NCBI GenBank assembly: GCA_943788195.1
Contig: CALSPH010000001.1
Coordinates: 829,467 to 893,466 of the forward strand
Origin: an uncultured Bacteroidia bacterium
Lineage (GTDB): Bacteria > Bacteroidota > Bacteroidia > NS11-12g > UBA955
Direction: 5' to 3'
DNA: 64,000 bases
Shown: positions 1 through 11,658 of the stretch, in pieces
Layout of the letters: every line of letters starts with the position of its first letter
How positions within the stretch are numbered: the stretch's first letter is position 1
The notes under the pieces: generated by a model
The model's input: the letters and a program-made list of their open reading frames with translations, nothing else
Databases searched by the model: none
Told to the model about the DNA's origin: nothing
Translations under genes and position numbers: made by a program

Positions 1-760
1 AGCGCAGCAAGCCAATGCGGCCAATAATCAAGCAAGTCTTTTCGGTGGAGACCAAGGGGCCAGTTTGCGTGCGCCTTCTTTGCCCACGGTTGAAGCCATG
101 GGTATGATTGAAGAGTTACGCCACGAGCGTGAGGTTGTCGGCATGTATATCTCTGGTCATCCTTTGGATTTGTATGGTTTTGAATGTAAAAGGATCGCAG
201 ATTCCAATTGCATTCAAATGGCTGATTTAGATGAAATTGTAGGCAATACCATAAAGCTGGCAGGAATTATTACTCAAGTGGAAGAACGAGTTAATCAGCA
301 AGGAACCCCTTGGGGTAAATTTGTGTTGGAGGATTACGTGGGTAGCTATGCCTTTAATCTATATAAAGAAGATTACGCACGTTTCAGCCCGAAGCTTAAA
401 GCAGAGAGTCATGTGCTGATTACAGTGGAGGTGTATCAATATAAGAAGTACAGTACGGACGAAACAATAACTGCAACTAAATTTAAAAATGTAGAAGCCC
501 TGGAAAATACCATGCAGATTTATGTGCGCAGCATCGCTGCTCAAATGGATTGGAAGGCATTGGATTATGAAAAAGTAGATCAAATGGTGGCCGTGATTGA
601 AGAAAATAAAGGAAATACGCGTTTTAACTTTAAGTTTTTTGACAATGATGATGGAGGAGAAGTAGAATTAGGCAATGAAGATTTGAAAGTGAAACCCAGT
701 CTAAAATTGGTAGAAGCCTTTGAGGAAATGGGATGTAAAATGAGTGTGGAGATGAATTAA
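1..760 (+). CDS. dnaE: DNA polymerase III alpha subunit, C-terminal part (5' end lies outside the window)
   Basis: Frame is open from position 2. It contains the clamp-binding-like QASLFG, then E(R)EVVGMYISGHPL and an OB-fold (KLAGIIT...GKFVLEDYVG). Confidence 0.95.
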   Translation, partial: AQQANAANNQASLFGGDQGASLRAPSLPTVEAMGMIEELRHEREVVGMYISGHPLDLYGFECKRIADSNCIQMADLDEIVGNTIKLAGIITQVEERVNQQGTPWGKFVLEDYVGSYAFNLYKEDYARFSPKLKAESHVLITVEVYQYKKYSTDETITATKFKNVEALENTMQIYVRSIAAQMDWKALDYEKVDQMVAVIEENKGNTRFNFKFFDNDDGGEVELGNEDLKVKPSLKLVEAFEEMGCKMSVEMN

Positions 761-840
761 TGGACTGATACAGCCTATTTCGTTTCTGACAATTATGTTA
801 TCCCATCGTGAACAAAATAATATTATTGGAAGAACTGGAT

Positions 841-2634
841 TTATTTAAAAAATTCAAGCACCTTTTTAGCTCGACTTTCCCCAATAACTATTGCTAAGTT
901 GGCCAAACCCTGTTCTTTAATTTTTTTAACACTTTTAAATTTAGCTAGAAGCGCATTTGCACTTTCCTCTCCAATTCCAGGTATATCGTCTAAAACTGTT
1001 TTAAGACTTCCTTTATTTCGCTTCTTACGATGCGCAGTTATGCCAAAACGATGCGCTTCATCGCGCATCTGTTGGATAATCTTCAGGGTCTCTGAACGCT
1101 TATCAATATACAAAGGCAACGGATCCTCAGGGTAATAGATTTCTTCCAACCGTTTAGCAATTCCTATGATGGCAATCTTACCATAAACCCCAACATCTTT
1201 TAAAGCTTGAACCGAACTGCTTAACTGGCCCTTGCCTCCATCAATTACAATCAATTGGGGTAAAGGTTGATTTTCGGCAACAAGTCGACTGTACCTGCGC
1301 GTTAAAACTTCATACATGGTGGCAAAATCATCTGGACCAACCACGGTTTTAACATTAAAAATGCGATAATCTCTTTTACTGGGTTTCCCGTTTTTGAAAA
1401 CAACGCATGCCGAAACTGCATTAGTTCCTTGTAGGTTACTGTTGTCAAAACATTCTGCATGAACTGGGGCCTCGGTCAGTCTCAATTCTTTTTGCATTAA
1501 TGTCATGATTCGCTCTACCTTCAAATCTGGATTGAGTTTTTCATATTGACTCATCTTCTCTTTCTTGTAGTACATGCAGTTCTTAAAAGATAAATCAATG
1601 AGTTTCTTTTTATCACCTGCCCTTGGAATAATCATTTCAAAACGATCATCCTCTAGGTCAAGATTGAAGGGTAGGATCAGCTGCTTATTAGGCGCACCGT
1701 ACAAATTATGTACTTCTGCAATTGCGGTAAGCAGAATCTCCTTTTCGGTTTCATCGAGCTTGCTTCTAAGCTCAATATTTCGGGTTTGCACAATAATGCC
1801 GTTGCTGACTCGGAGAAAATTGGCAAAGGCATAATTCCCTTCCTTAAGAATATGGAAGACATCTACGTTTCCAACGGTATGACTAACTATGGTTGATTTA
1901 GCCTGGTATTTTTGGAGATGCTCAATTTTTTGTTTGTAAAGGTGCGCTTTCTCAAAATGCGTTTCCTCCGAAGCGGTTTTCATTAAGGTCTTCAAATGTC
2001 GAGAAACCTCTTTTAAATTACCTTTCAACAGATAACGGATATGCTGAATGCTTTCCATATAGTCCTCTTCAGATTGCAATCCTTCACATGGCCCCAGGCA
2101 ATTCCCAATTTGATATTCTAAACACACCTTGAACTTACCTGTGTCTATGTTCTTTTGGCTCAGGTTTAAGTTGCAATTCCGAATCGGGTATAATTGTTTT
2201 ATAAGATCCAAGACGGTATGCATAATACGCACCGATGCAAATGGGCCAAAGTATTCAGAGCCATCATTCATGGGGTTGCGCATCGGAAAAACCTTTGGAA
2301 ATCGTTCTTTGGTAATTTTTATAAGCGGATACGACTTGTCATCCTTTAAATTGATATTATACTTTGGCTGGAGCTCTTTTATCAGGCTGTTTTCAAGGAG
2401 TAGCGCATCAAACTCAGTATCCACAACAGTAAATTCAATGTGATCTATTTGAGAAACTAAAACGGCTGTTTTTCTGTTCTCGTGTTTTTTGGTAAAGTAG
2501 GAACTTACCCTTTTCTTTAAGTTTTTGGCCTTGCCTACATAAATTATTTTCCGTGCTTTGTCGTGATATTTATAGATACCTGGGCTGGTAGGTAGATTAG
2601 ATATCTGAGATTGCAAATGCGCTTTTTCGGCCAC
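841..2634 (-). CDS. uvrC: Excinuclease ABC subunit C
   Basis: GIY-YIG N-terminus (PGIY...IYVGKAKNLKKRVSSYF), ECFDNSN, IDGGKGQL, RDEAHRFGI and a C-terminal HhH. Confidence 0.98.
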   Translation of the reverse strand: MAEKAHLQSQISNLPTSPGIYKYHDKARKIIYVGKAKNLKKRVSSYFTKKHENRKTAVLVSQIDHIEFTVVDTEFDALLLENSLIKELQPKYNINLKDDKSYPLIKITKERFPKVFPMRNPMNDGSEYFGPFASVRIMHTVLDLIKQLYPIRNCNLNLSQKNIDTGKFKVCLEYQIGNCLGPCEGLQSEEDYMESIQHIRYLLKGNLKEVSRHLKTLMKTASEETHFEKAHLYKQKIEHLQKYQAKSTIVSHTVGNVDVFHILKEGNYAFANFLRVSNGIIVQTRNIELRSKLDETEKEILLTAIAEVHNLYGAPNKQLILPFNLDLEDDRFEMIIPRAGDKKKLIDLSFKNCMYYKKEKMSQYEKLNPDLKVERIMTLMQKELRLTEAPVHAECFDNSNLQGTNAVSACVVFKNGKPSKRDYRIFNVKTVVGPDDFATMYEVLTRRYSRLVAENQPLPQLIVIDGGKGQLSSSVQALKDVGVYGKIAIIGIAKRLEEIYYPEDPLPLYIDKRSETLKIIQQMRDEAHRFGITAHRKKRNKGSLKTVLDDIPGIGEESANALLAKFKSVKKIKEQGLANLAIVIGESRAKKVLEFFK

Positions 2635-2638
2635 AAGG

Positions 2639-2646
2639 CAAAGTTA
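2639..2646 (-). promoter_or_regulatory. Bacteroidota -7 promoter element of uvrC
   Basis: TAACTTTG matches TAnnTTTG and lies 4 nt upstream of the GTG start. Confidence 0.65.
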
Positions 2647-2801
2647 GGTATTTTTCAAATCGCTCTTTCTAGTTTCCTCAGAAAAGGGTAAATATGCCAA
2701 ATGGATAAGTGTACGGGCTAAATTGCTTGCATTTATTGCCGGCAAATTATAATTATTCGTTTTTACAAACGTTTGACCATCAAAACCTACGCAATTTTTT
2801 G

Positions 2802-2809
2802 TAGGTTTG
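2802..2809 (+). promoter_or_regulatory. -7 promoter element of the alpha-2-macroglobulin/pbpC operon
   Basis: TAGGTTTG lies 17 nt upstream of ATG 2827. Confidence 0.55.
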
Positions 2810-2826
2810 AGAAAACTACCGTTGCT

Positions 2827-5800
2827 ATGAAAAAACTGCTGCTGTTAATCCTGCCGATTTTACTATTGAGTTACGCTTGCAATCAATCCAATAAACTGAA
2901 TAAAGATTTTATGGATGCCTCGCATCAATATTATCCGTACATCAGCTCTTACACTTCAGGTACTGTTTCTAAAAACATCCCGATATCGGTTAAATTAAGA
3001 GCGCCTATTTCATCCTTGCCGGAGAAGGTGCTTAGTTTTTCTCCAAGTTTGGACGGGGATCTCAGATTGGATAAAGACAGTCAAACATTAATTTTTATAC
3101 CCAATAAGGCCCTAGCAGGAGGCAAAGTGTATACGGGTAAACTAAATCTCAAGAAATTGGTCCCAGAAATCGACAAGGAATTGGCAGATTTTAAATTTCA
3201 AATTCAAGTAATAAAGCAGGATTATTCTTATAAGATTTATAGTATGAAGCCCTATAATGGCAAGAAGCTAAAATACAATCAAATAAAAGGCGAATTGACT
3301 TCTGCAGATGATTTGACAACTGAAGAGCTGATAGTATTCTGGGTGTTACCCAAGCTGGAAACAACTTTGATGTAAAATGGCAAAGTCCCAATAGCAATAA
3401 GCATTATTTCACTATAGATAGTGCTGTGCGTAATAGCAGTGCACAGGATGTGAATTTTGCTTTTGATGGAAAGTCAGCTGGTGTAGATCGCAGTGAAAGT
3501 GCAGTATATACCATACCAGCGATTAACAGTTTTGAGTTAATTAGTTCGCGTGTAGTAACCTCGGATGAGCCTTATGTTTCTCTTATTTTTTCAGACCCAA
3601 TAAAGGAACAGAGCTTAACGGGGTTAATCAAATTTGAAAACAATGGTCCTGGAGTTAAAAACCTGGAAGTTGATTTGAACGAAATAAAGGTATATCCCAG
3701 TGCAAATCGAACGGGAGATTATCAATTGTTAATTAATAAAGGAATTCAAAACTATGCGGACGGAAACTGAATAAGTCTTCAAGCCAGTTGGTGACCTTAG
3801 AAGATAACAAGCCATCGATAGAATTAATTGGTGATGGAAACATTTTGCCTCATTCGGATAAGTTGTTGTTTCCGTTTTACTCAACGGCCTTAAAAGGGGT
3901 GCATCTGTCTATTTTTAAAATATATGGAAACAATGTAGTTCAATTCTTTCAAGAGAATAATTATGATGGATCATATCGCTTGCGACAAGTAGGTCGACCT
4001 GTTTTTGAAAAGGATATTTATTTCACCCAAAAAGGAGGGGTGGATTTAAACGAAAAGAATCTTTTCAGCTTTGATTTAAGTAAGTTTATAGAACCCGATC
4101 CGGGGGCAATTTATCGGTGTAGACTTGAGTATGAGACCTCATCTATCCAATTATAAATGCATGAACAATGATGGGCAAAAAGAAATTGAGGAAAATGACC
4201 CAACAGATGATTGGGACATCGGATTATTACAACAAATTACTTTTATCCTGACGGCTATGAGTGGAGAAAGAGAAAAGATCCGTGCCACGTGTCTTACTAT
4301 ACAAGTAATAGAGCAGTCAGTCGGAATATCGTCGTGGCCTCAAATTTTGGTATTATCGCCAAGCAAACCAATACCAAAGAGTTGGATGTTACCATCACGG
4401 ATTTGCGAACTACTGCGCCATTGGCCAATATTAAAGTAAAAGTGTATGATTTTCAACAGCAAGTGATTGCTGAAACCCAAAACCGATGGGAAAGGATTTG
4501 TACGTATAAAATTGAAGCGCAAGCCGTTTGTTGTTGTTGCTGAACATGGAAAGGAAAAGGGTTATTTGAAATTGGGATATGGTAGTGCATTGAACATGAG
4601 TCGATTTGACATTAACGGAGTAACTACAAAAAAACGGATTGAAAGCATTTATTTATGGTGAACGAGGTGTTTGGCGGCCTGGAGATAGTATCTACCTAAC
4701 CTGCGTGCTTCACAACGCGCAACAAGCATTGCCTGAACATTACCCAATTACCCTTGAGTTATATAATCCACGAGAATCAATTATTCGAAAAGAAGATCAA
4801 TGCAAAAAGCAAGAATGGATTTTATTCTTTCGCCCTAAAAACACCAGTAGATGCCCCAACGGGAAATTGGAATGCAAGTGATAAAAGCAGGAGGGGAGTC
4901 GTTTTTCAAAACGAATAAAAATTGAGACCGTTAAGCCCAATAAATTAAAAATTAAACTGAATTTTGATAATGAGCTACTAACGGAAAGCAGTAATATGGC
5001 AAATCTAAATGTTGCTTGGTTGCATGGTGCTGTGGCTGCAAACTTAAAGGCGAATGTTACTGCCACCTTACAGAATACAAAAACCGAATTTAAGAATTTT
5101 GAAAACTATAACTTTGATAACCCAGGCAGGGATTTTGAGATTGAAGAACGCGTGGTGTTCAACAACACTGTGAATGCAAATGGCAGTGCATCTTTTCCAG
5201 TAAAATTAAATCTTGGCAGCAGCCAAACCTGCAGGCATGTTGAAGTTGGGGTTATTCACCAAAGTATTTGAAAAAGGGGGAGAATTCAGTACTCATTTTC
5301 AATCCAAAACATATTCTCCTTATGCATCTTATGTGGGTATGTTTATCGACTATACCTACAAAGATTGGGATATGTTGGAAACAGGTAAAAAGCATAAGGT
5401 AGCCATTGCCACCGTTGATCAGGAAGGAAATAAGCTGAGTAAAACAGGTGTAAAAGTACGATTGTATAAAATGAGACACAATTGGTGGTATTCGAGAAGT
5501 CGGGGTAGCAATGAATATATTAATTCTTATTACAGTGAATTGGTCGATGAACAAACGATCAATACCACCAATGGATTAGGTTATTATTCCATTAATATGA
5601 GTAATGATAAATGGGGTCGATATATGCTTAAAGTGGAGGACCCCTCAAGTAACCATATTGCAGCGCAAATATTTAGAATAGATTGGTCGGATTGGAGATC
5701 ACGTGGTTCAATGGGAGAAGATGTTTCTACTTTATCATTTGAAGCTGATAAGGAGAAATACAATGTGGGTGAAACTGCAGAAATCGTGATTCCTACATCA

Positions 5801-8345
5801 AAAAGCGGCAGAGCATTGCTGAGCATAGAAAACGGAACCACCATTATTGAAAAACGATGGATAGAAACCGAAGAAAAGCAAACAAAAATCAGCATCAAAC
5901 TTACACCTGAGATGTCTCCAAATGTATATGCACATATGACCTTGATTCAACCCCATGCTCAAACCGCGAACGATTTGCCTATACGAATGTATGGAGCCAC
6001 ACCCATTATGGTAGAGGACCCCAATTCGCATATCAAACCTGTACTAAAAACACCAACTAAAGTGCAACCTCAACAAGATTTTGAGGGTTACCGTTTCAGA
6101 AGAAAATAGGAAAGAAATGACCTATACACTTGCAGTGGTGGATGAAGGTCTGTTAGACTTAACATCATTTAAAACGCCAGATATTTGGGGGCATTTCCAT
6201 CAAAAAGAAGCGTTGGGTGTGCGCACATGGGATATGTACCATGCTGTGCTTGGGGCATTTGATGGTAAGATGGCCAATGTATTTGCCGTGGGTGGTAGTG
6301 ATGATGCCATGAAAGTCTTGGACAAAGCAAATATGAACCGCTTTAAACCAGTGGTTAAATTTATCGGACCATTTACTGTGGCAAAAGGCAAATCTAGAAA
6401 GCATAAAAATACATATGCCGAACTACATAGGAAGTGTAAAGGTGATGATCGTGGCGGGTAATCTAAATAATCAATTTGGTAGCGCAGTGAATGAAATTAA
6501 AGTGAAACAACCTCTGATGCTAACAACAACTTTACCCCGGGTATTGAGTCCAGGCGAAACGATAAATCTACCCATCACTCTCTTTGCGGAGAAAGGCATA
6601 AATAATGCTACGGTTACCATAGAGACCAATGATTTGTTAGTACCACAGCAAAACTACCTTTAATGTTAAGCTAAGCAATGAGGAAGAGACCATGCTTTAT
6701 GTGCCGGTAAAAGTGCCCGCTAAAATGGGTGCTGCATTTATTAAAGTAACGGCAAAATCAGGCAAGTATGTGAGCACTGAAGAGGTTAATATTCCAATTC
6801 GTTTACCCAATCCACCTATAACTCAAGTAAATTCAGATGGTATCGAAAAGGATGAGTCAAAATCTTTTGATTATACCCTTTTTGGAGTGGAGGGAACCAA
6901 CAAGGTTACCTTGGAAGTGTCATCTATGCCAAATATCAATTTGACCAAACGCTTGAATTATTTGATTCGGTATCCACACGGTTGTGTTGAGCAGACCACG
7001 AGTTCTGTATTTCCACAATTGCATTTAAGTACCTTATTGGAGTTGAATGCAGATGAGAAGAAAAAAATAGAATCGAATATTAAAGCAGGAATTGAGCGAC
7101 TACGGAATATGCAACTGAGTAATGGAGGTATTGGGTATTGGCCTGGAGCAAATATGGCAAATGAATGGGGTACCAATTATGCCGGACATTTTATGATTGC
7201 TGCCGAGAAAATGGGATATGCATTACCAGTAGGATTTAAAAAATCGTGGTTGAAATATCAAAAAGCGAGATCGAATCAATGGAATGGACGTTCCAGTGCG
7301 TATAATTATGGTTTGGGTTCACATCAATTGAATCAAGCATATCGATTGTATACGATGGCCTTGGCAGGTAAACCGAATTTGGGCGCAATGAATCGACTGA
7401 GAGAAGATGATAAATTAATCAGTCAAGCAGCGTGGCGTTTGGCCGCGGCTTACGCCCTTGCCGGTAAATCATCCATAGCTAAAAACTTAATTACATTGCA
7501 TCCTACTTTCGAGAATTATAGCAATCCATATTACTATTATTACACCTACGGTTCACCGGTTCGAGATCAAGCAATGAAGCTGGAAACCTATGCCATCATG
7601 AAAGAATTTAGTGCAGGTATGCCAGTGTTTAATCAAATTACTCAATCATTGCGCAATCAGAACTGGATGAGTACGCAAACCACAGCATATGCTTTACTCG
7701 CGGTTGCACAATTTGCAGGCGGTCAATCCAAAAAAGGAATTCAGTTTAAATATGTAACCTCAGATGGAAAATCGCACTCATACAAATCCAACACGGCTAC
7801 TTTAGCAAGGATTAATTTAGTGACTAAATCGGGTTCTGTTAAAATTGAAAACACCAATGGAACGCGCTTATTTGTCAATTTAATCAATCAAGGAACTGCC
7901 CTGGATGCAAATATTCCAAGTACGAATAAAAATCTGAAGATGACTGTTTCGTACCAAGATATGCAAGGCAATTCGGTGAACGAAAAGCGCTTGAGTCAAG
8001 GAACTGATTTTAAAGCAGTCGTAACCATAACGAATACTAATACGATCGGAAATTATCGGGATCTTGCCTTATCGCAAATTTTCCCTTCCGGTTGGGAGAT
8101 CATCAACTTACGATTAAATGATCGCTCGTCTTCGCATCAAAAAAGTATTCCTACATACCAAGATATTCGGGATGATCGTGTGTATACCTATTTTGATTTG
8201 CGGATCAATGAATCCAAAACGTTTGTAGTGTTATTGAATGCGGCTTATAAAGGCAGCTATCATTTGCCAGCCGTAGAGTGCGAGGCAATGTATAACAATG
8301 ATATTCAGGCCGTGCAAACCAATTCGAAAGTTGAAGTAAACTTAG
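2827..8345 (+). CDS. Bacterial alpha-2-macroglobulin (YfhM/MG2 family) lipoprotein, split into about 11 ORFs by single-base indels (probably assembly errors)
   Basis: Lipobox LSYAC. The fragments are collinear: YGERGVWRPGD, ETVKPN, YTLAVVDEGLLDLT, NRFKPVV, TLPRVLSPGE, thioester YPHGCVEQ (Cys at 6983), and DIRDDRVYTYF...CEAMY at the C-terminus. Confidence 0.9.
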
Positions 8346-8347
8346 TC

Positions 8348-10655
8348 TTGTTCAGGCACAAATGGTTTAAGCGGGTTTGGAAAGGGTTGGTACTCGTGTT
8401 TTTGGCATGGTACATTTTCTTTTCATTGCCTGATCCTTTGTTCAGTAATTCTTCTTCCACCATCTTATTGAGTGAGGAGGATATTTTATTGGGTGGTGTT
8501 ATTGCCGATGATGAACAGTGGAGATTTCCATTAACCGATTCAGTATCCAACAAAGTAGAGCAATGCATTTTACATTTTGAGGATGAGTATTTTCGATATC
8601 ATTTCGGATTTAACCCGGTTTCTTTGTCAAAAGCATTTGTGCAGAATATCAAAACGGGTGGAATTGTAAGTGGGGCTTCAACAATCACCATGCAGACCGT
8701 CAGAATGGCGAAGGGCACACCGCAACGGAACTATTTGCAAAAATTAATAGAAATCATTGTTTCTACGCGAGTAGAATTAAAGTATTCAAAAGATGAAATT
8801 CTGCGTCATTATCTTTCGAATGCGCCATTTGGTGGAAATGTAGTTGGAATTGATGCGGCAGCTTGGAGATATTACAGGCGAATGTCGAATGAATTGTCTT
8901 GGGGCGAAGCGGCCACCTTAGCCGTTTTGCCCAATGCACCTTCTTTAATTTACCCAGGGAAGAATCAAGAAAAATTACGTAAAAAACGAAATCGATTGCT
9001 TTTTAAACTTTTAAAAAATGAGGTTATTGATCAATTTACTTATGAATTGGCCATTGAAGAACCTTTGCCACAAAAACCCAATGCGATGCCTCAGGATGCA
9101 CCTCATTTGTTGCAAAAGGTAAAAAAAGACCACCCCGGTGAGCGAGTGAATAGTAGCCTCCGATATGAAAATTCAACAAAAGCTAAATCAAGTGATTCGG
9201 AAGTATCACAATAGCTATAAAACTTCAGAAATACATAACATGGCAGGCATTGTGGTTGAAGTGAAATCAGCAAAGGTATTGGCCTATGCAGGTAATACAT
9301 ACGAGAAAGCGAATGACCATGCTAACAAGGTGGATATCGTACAGGCTTACCGAAGTTCGGGCAGTATTTTAAAACCATTTCTTCACGAACGCATGCTTTC
9401 TGAAGGCCAACTGTTACCGAAAATGTTGCTTCCAGATGTGCCTTACCGCGATATTAAGAACTACTCAGAATTATATGAAGGTGCAGTACCGGCAGATGAG
9501 GCATTGGCCAGATCTTTAAATATACCGGCAAGTGTACTATTAGGTCGTTTTGGATTAACAAAATTTAAGAATGAACTCAAGGATCGCGGATTTACTCAAT
9601 TTACAAAAAGCAGTACACATTATGGGCTGTCGATGGTGATTGGAGGAGGTGAAGTGAGTTTATTTGAATTGGCCCAAGCATATTGTAACATGGCCAGCAA
9701 TCTTAATGTCAAAACGGATCCATATAAATTTACTTTATTGAATTATACCCAGAGCTCTTCAGAAAGAAGGCGCAAAAAGGCAGTTGAGCCTTATGCCACC
9801 TATTTAACCGTAAAGGCGTTGAAAGAGGTGGTCCGTCCATCCAGTGAAGTAGGGTGGCAAAATTTTGAAGGCACTGGTGTCGCTTGGAAAACTGGCACAA
9901 GTCACGGGTTCAAAGATGCTTGGGCGGTTGCGATTACACCCGAAATAATCATTGCCATATGGGTTGGGAATGCGGATGGCGAAGGAAGACCTGGGATGAC
10001 AGGAACCAAAGTAGCCGCACCTGTATTATTTGACATGTTGGATTATTTCCGGCCGCTTGCACAATTCAACGAACCAGCGGCTGAAAAAAAGGCCGTAGAA
10101 ATTTGCACACGCAGTGGATACTTCCGCAGTGAACATTGCGAATCGCATAGCGTTGAAGTGTATCCCAGTTTTTTGGCCGATGGTAAACTTTGCCCTTTTC
10201 ACCGCACTTTATATTTGGATACAACATTGCAATACCGTGTAAATAGCAAGTGTTATGAAGTAAGTCAGATGGTGAAGAAAAAACAATTTGTTTTACCACC
10301 GAAACTGGCCTGGTTCTATCAACGGAAGCATCCCAATTATTTTGTTTTGCCCCCTTATTTCCCGGGTTGCGAATCGGGACAGGGGGTTATTGACTTAATT
10401 TACCCCAGGGAATTGTCATCCATTTATTTGCCCGTTGCTTTAGACGGCCGCAAGCAAAGTGTTATTTTTGAAGCAGTGTATGCAAATCGAGAAACTACTT
10501 TGTATTGGCATGTCGATGAGAAATTCATTACCGAATCCAAAGGAAGTCATCGAGTTGCATTAAATCCATTGGAAGGAGTTCATAAATTAACCATTACAGA
10601 TGCGATGGGAAATGAATTGATTCGTAAATTTGAAATCATGCCAAGTAAACAATGA
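8348..10655 (+). CDS. pbpC: Penicillin-binding protein 1C (one frameshift near 9170)
   Basis: TM anchor, DEQWRFP, transglycosylase motifs (FEDEYF, GASTITMQ, PFGGNVVG), transpeptidase motifs SGSILK and KTGT. It sits directly after alpha-2-macroglobulin, as is usual for this pair. Confidence 0.92.
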
Positions 10656-11578
10656 AAAAAATATACTCTCAGGTAAAAGCATTTATTGCCACCAGTTCTC
10701 CATGGTTTATTTTGCTCTGCGCGTTATGGGCGGCTTTTTTGATTGTATGGAATTATGGGTATGGTCTTGAAAAAGAAATGGTTGACGATTTGTCTGGATT
10801 CAAAGCCTGGAGAAACCACAGTTTAATTTATACGCTAGCATATTTGCCTCCTTTGTTGATGGCAGTTGTATTTGCAAAGCGCAGTTCAAGCTTGAAGAAT
10901 CCGTGGTTTTGGGTTATTGCTTTAGTCAGCCCATGGGTTTTTGCATATACATCCCATATCAATATCTCGAGAATGTTGGATTACAGCAGCTCCAACCTGA
11001 ATATGCTTTATTACTATAGCAAAATTAGTTTTTGGATTAGCCAGGTAATTATTGGTTTGGCATTCAGTTATATCATCTGGCGGTTAAAGGATCGAAATAA
11101 AATGGGCTTTTATGGATTTCAATTTAAAGGACACAAGCTAAAACCCTATTGGATCATGCTGGCCATTATGCTAATTCCGATACTCATTGCTGGAACAACA
11201 GATAGTTTTTTACATATGTACCCTCGGCTTAAACAACTTTTACACGAAAATTATGCTGCACTACCCCGTTGGAGACATCTCACCTATGAATTGGCATATG
11301 GGTTAAACTTTGTGGGTATAGAAGTGTTTTTTAGAGGTTTTCTGGTCATGGCGATGGTCAGCTTATTAGGCAAAGAAGCCATTCTTCCTATGGCGGTATT
11401 TTATGTAAGTATTCATTTTGGAAAACCTATGGGAGAGTGTATTAGCTCTTTTTTTGGGGGTAGTTTATTGGGTATTATAAGTTTTCATTCCAACTCAATT
11501 AAAGGAGGATTATTAGTTCATATGGGTATAGCATGGTTAATGGAAATATCAGGAGCTTTGGGTTTGTGGGTATGGTAA
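10652..11578 (+). CDS. CPBP family (Abi/CAAX) intramembrane glutamic endopeptidase
   Basis: Multi-TM protein with EVFFRG, IHFGKP.GE and a late HMG motif. ATGA overlap with pbpC. Confidence 0.85.
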   Translation: MKKIYSQVKAFIATSSPWFILLCALWAAFLIVWNYGYGLEKEMVDDLSGFKAWRNHSLIYTLAYLPPLLMAVVFAKRSSSLKNPWFWVIALVSPWVFAYTSHINISRMLDYSSSNLNMLYYYSKISFWISQVIIGLAFSYIIWRLKDRNKMGFYGFQFKGHKLKPYWIMLAIMLIPILIAGTTDSFLHMYPRLKQLLHENYAALPRWRHLTYELAYGLNFVGIEVFFRGFLVMAMVSLLGKEAILPMAVFYVSIHFGKPMGECISSFFGGSLLGIISFHSNSIKGGLLVHMGIAWLMEISGALGLWVW

Positions 11579-11658
11579 TTCGAATATAACTAGTCAGGAT
11601 TTAAATTCTGCGTACGAATCCTTATTCACTATTGGCGAAATGCACTACTTTTGTGGTC

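Noticed and set aside
3320-9180. Programmed frameshifting or phase variation in the macroglobulin gene
   Set aside because: There are too many sites, in both directions, in short runs of all base types, with no shared slippery motif.
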